33,433 bases of DNA. Origin: Elsinoe ampelina. Its lineage: Eukaryota. The notes under the pieces are model-generated. The model was not told where the DNA came from and searched no databases. It saw nothing but the letters and a program-made list of their open reading frames with translations. This document shows, piece by piece, positions 31,728 through 33,433 of the stretch. The DNA lies in assembly GCA_010093995.1 (NCBI GenBank), contig ML992506.1, positions 754,551-787,983 of the forward strand, given 5' to 3'. Position 1 is the stretch's first letter. The number at the start of each line of letters is the position of its first letter. The position numbers were made by a program, and so were the translations under genes.

Positions 31728-33433
31728 ATAGAAAATAATAATACCTAATTAAGGTAGCTAGTATCTATACTCTCTAAAGACAACTATAAGAAGTAGTTCT
31801 AATAAATAGAGCTCTAGCTTATATTAAAGAAAGTATTATAGACCCTTACTTCCCTTACTAAACTATTAGTAATAACTCTAGAGTTATTATTAACTTCCTT
31901 ATTTAACTCCTAGTATTCTCCTCTATTAGTAGAGGAGAATAGTACTACTCTTTACTAGATCTATAGATATATCTCTAAGAGAGATTAAAAGATAATTTAG
32001 AAATAGTAGTAAGCTAAACTAGCTTAGGAGAAGCTAAAGAGTAAGTATATAAAGTAGATAGATATATAAGTAAAACAACTTTAGAAAGAGTTTATAATAT
32101 ATACTATAGGTAATAATATAACTATCTTAGATACCTAGTTATACCTAACTATATTAGAAAGGAGAATTAATAGATCTTTAAAGATTAAGTAATACTCCTT
32201 ACTAATAATAAGAATTTAGAGACTACTTAGTGCTTTTCTAGCTTTATAGTTAACTATAAGAGATACCTTAGATACTTAACTATACCTTAGTATAGATAAG
32301 ATCTATAACATTCTTAAAGAAAAGAAAGTATAGAAGAGAGAAGAGAAATCTACTATGTTTATAAGAGGTAGACTATAATAGGGAACTAGTAGAAGTTTAA
32401 ACTATATATATATCTTATATAAGAAACCTAGATACTCTATATTAAGGTGTCCTTATCTCTAATAAGCTAAGAAGCATATCTAGCTATTCTATAGAGTTAC
32501 TAAAAGAAGTAGCTCTATAAGGAGGTAGTTACCTAAGCGCTAGAAACTACTTAAACTTATAAGGTAGCTTACTAAGAGAATAGACTCTCTTAAAGTAGCT
32601 AAATTAAGAAGGAGAGGTAAAGCCTATCTAGCTACTAAGAGTAGTTTATTATTAACATCTCTATCTCTACTACTAGAAGTTCTATCTAGGGATAAAGAGC
32701 TTAAAACTATAAGTTCTATATTAGAGGTTTAAGGTAAGCTTCTACATTATTAGTAGATACTTAACTCTAGAGTATCTAACTATATAATAGACAAGCTAAC
32801 TCTCTTTAGAGGCCTATTAAGCAAGATTTGTACTTAATAGATCTAGGTTAAGAGGGGTTACTTTTAGTTATAGTTAATAGAAACTATAGTTATTAAGACT
32901 AAGAAGAGAGATAAGATAAAGATATAGACTCTTTATATACCTAATCTTAGTATTAATTTAGTCTTCTATTATAAGCTATACTTAGATTTAAAGGTTTCTA
33001 AAGTTCTTAATTTAAATTCTTTTCTTGTCCTTAATTAGTAGAAGTAACTATTACTTAAAGCTAGAATTTAAGGGGGGATATATATTATCTAATTCCTCTT
33101 TAAGTAATTAGCTAATTAAAAGCCATATTCTAGATCTAAGCCCGGCTTAATTCTAGATCTAGCTAATTAAAATTTAGTATTCCTTACTACCTAGCCTATA
33201 ATTATATTATAGACTAAGTATATATATCTAACCTAGGATAAGTAATAAGAGAATCTTATTAACTTAGAACCTAATAACTCTAAGATAGAGTATTAGCTCT
33301 AGTATAGGAGATTTACTTACCTTAGGATTAAGAAGCTTAAGGATCTTTATAAAGTTATAACTCTTAAGAAACCTATTAACCTAAACTATAATCTATCTAT
33401 TCTATATAAGGTCTATTCCCTTACTAAGATAAG
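31728..33433 (+). pseudogene. Copia gag-pol polyprotein relic (partial)
   Basis: Frame 3 after de-RIP: M(ATA 31728)ENDDTQLRRPVPVLSKDNHEKWF, AWEKL, DAWSHL, TVRDTLDAQ, knuckle CILCEKPGHSMSRC (~32410-32450), protease WILDSGASNHM (32754-32786), LYVPNLGINL, LWHRRFAHLG (~33297-33326) and CEVC (~33405-33416). Confidence 0.88.

Larger units (their letters stand above)
31067..33433 (+). mobile_element. Ty1/copia LTR retrotransposon, 5' part (continues beyond window), heavily RIP-mutated
   Basis: LTR and PBS are followed by a single frame with gag, a CCHC knuckle, an aspartic protease and a GAG-pre-integrase motif. The PR-then-INT order defines the copia superfamily. Confidence 0.9.

Noticed and set aside
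25300..33433. Alternative genetic code or organellar insertion as the explanation for the AT-rich, stop-filled block
   Set aside because: Stops and substitutions are systematically C>T/G>A versions of retrotransposon motifs, which is RIP.

Overview
Eukaryotic window from a filamentous ascomycete (short GT-AG introns, Zn2Cys6 factors, RIP-mutated transposons). Bases 1 to ~25.2 kb are GC-balanced and genic. They hold the 3' part of a conserved hypothetical gene (+), an Acr-2-like Zn2Cys6 transcription factor (-, 4 exons), a divergent second Zn2Cys6 factor that the ORF track misses because its zinc cluster is split by an intron (+, 3 exons), a Wbp11-family gene (+), a 7-exon PDR/ABCG transporter with degenerate catalytic motifs (-) and a Ccz1 homolog (-). 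From ~25.2 kb to the end the DNA is AT/TpA-rich and ORF-less. It contains a full-length Tad1-like LINE (ORF1 and ORF2 APE-RT-RNaseH, + strand, inactivated by RIP-type transitions) followed directly by a Ty1/copia element (LTR, half-tRNA PBS, gag, protease, pre-integrase; runs off the window). The best candidates for something new are: (i) a ~270-nt intergenic segment at 1575-1849 with A-box/B-box/oligo-T Pol III-like signals tiled by hairpins; (ii) a PDR transporter whose normally active ATP site is degenerate and whose last membrane domain has been rewritten by a C-to-G strand-skew island; (iii) recurrent C-to-G skew-switch islands; (iv) near-total CpG loss in the copia element but not in the adjacent LINE. 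All calls were made by eye and no searches were run.
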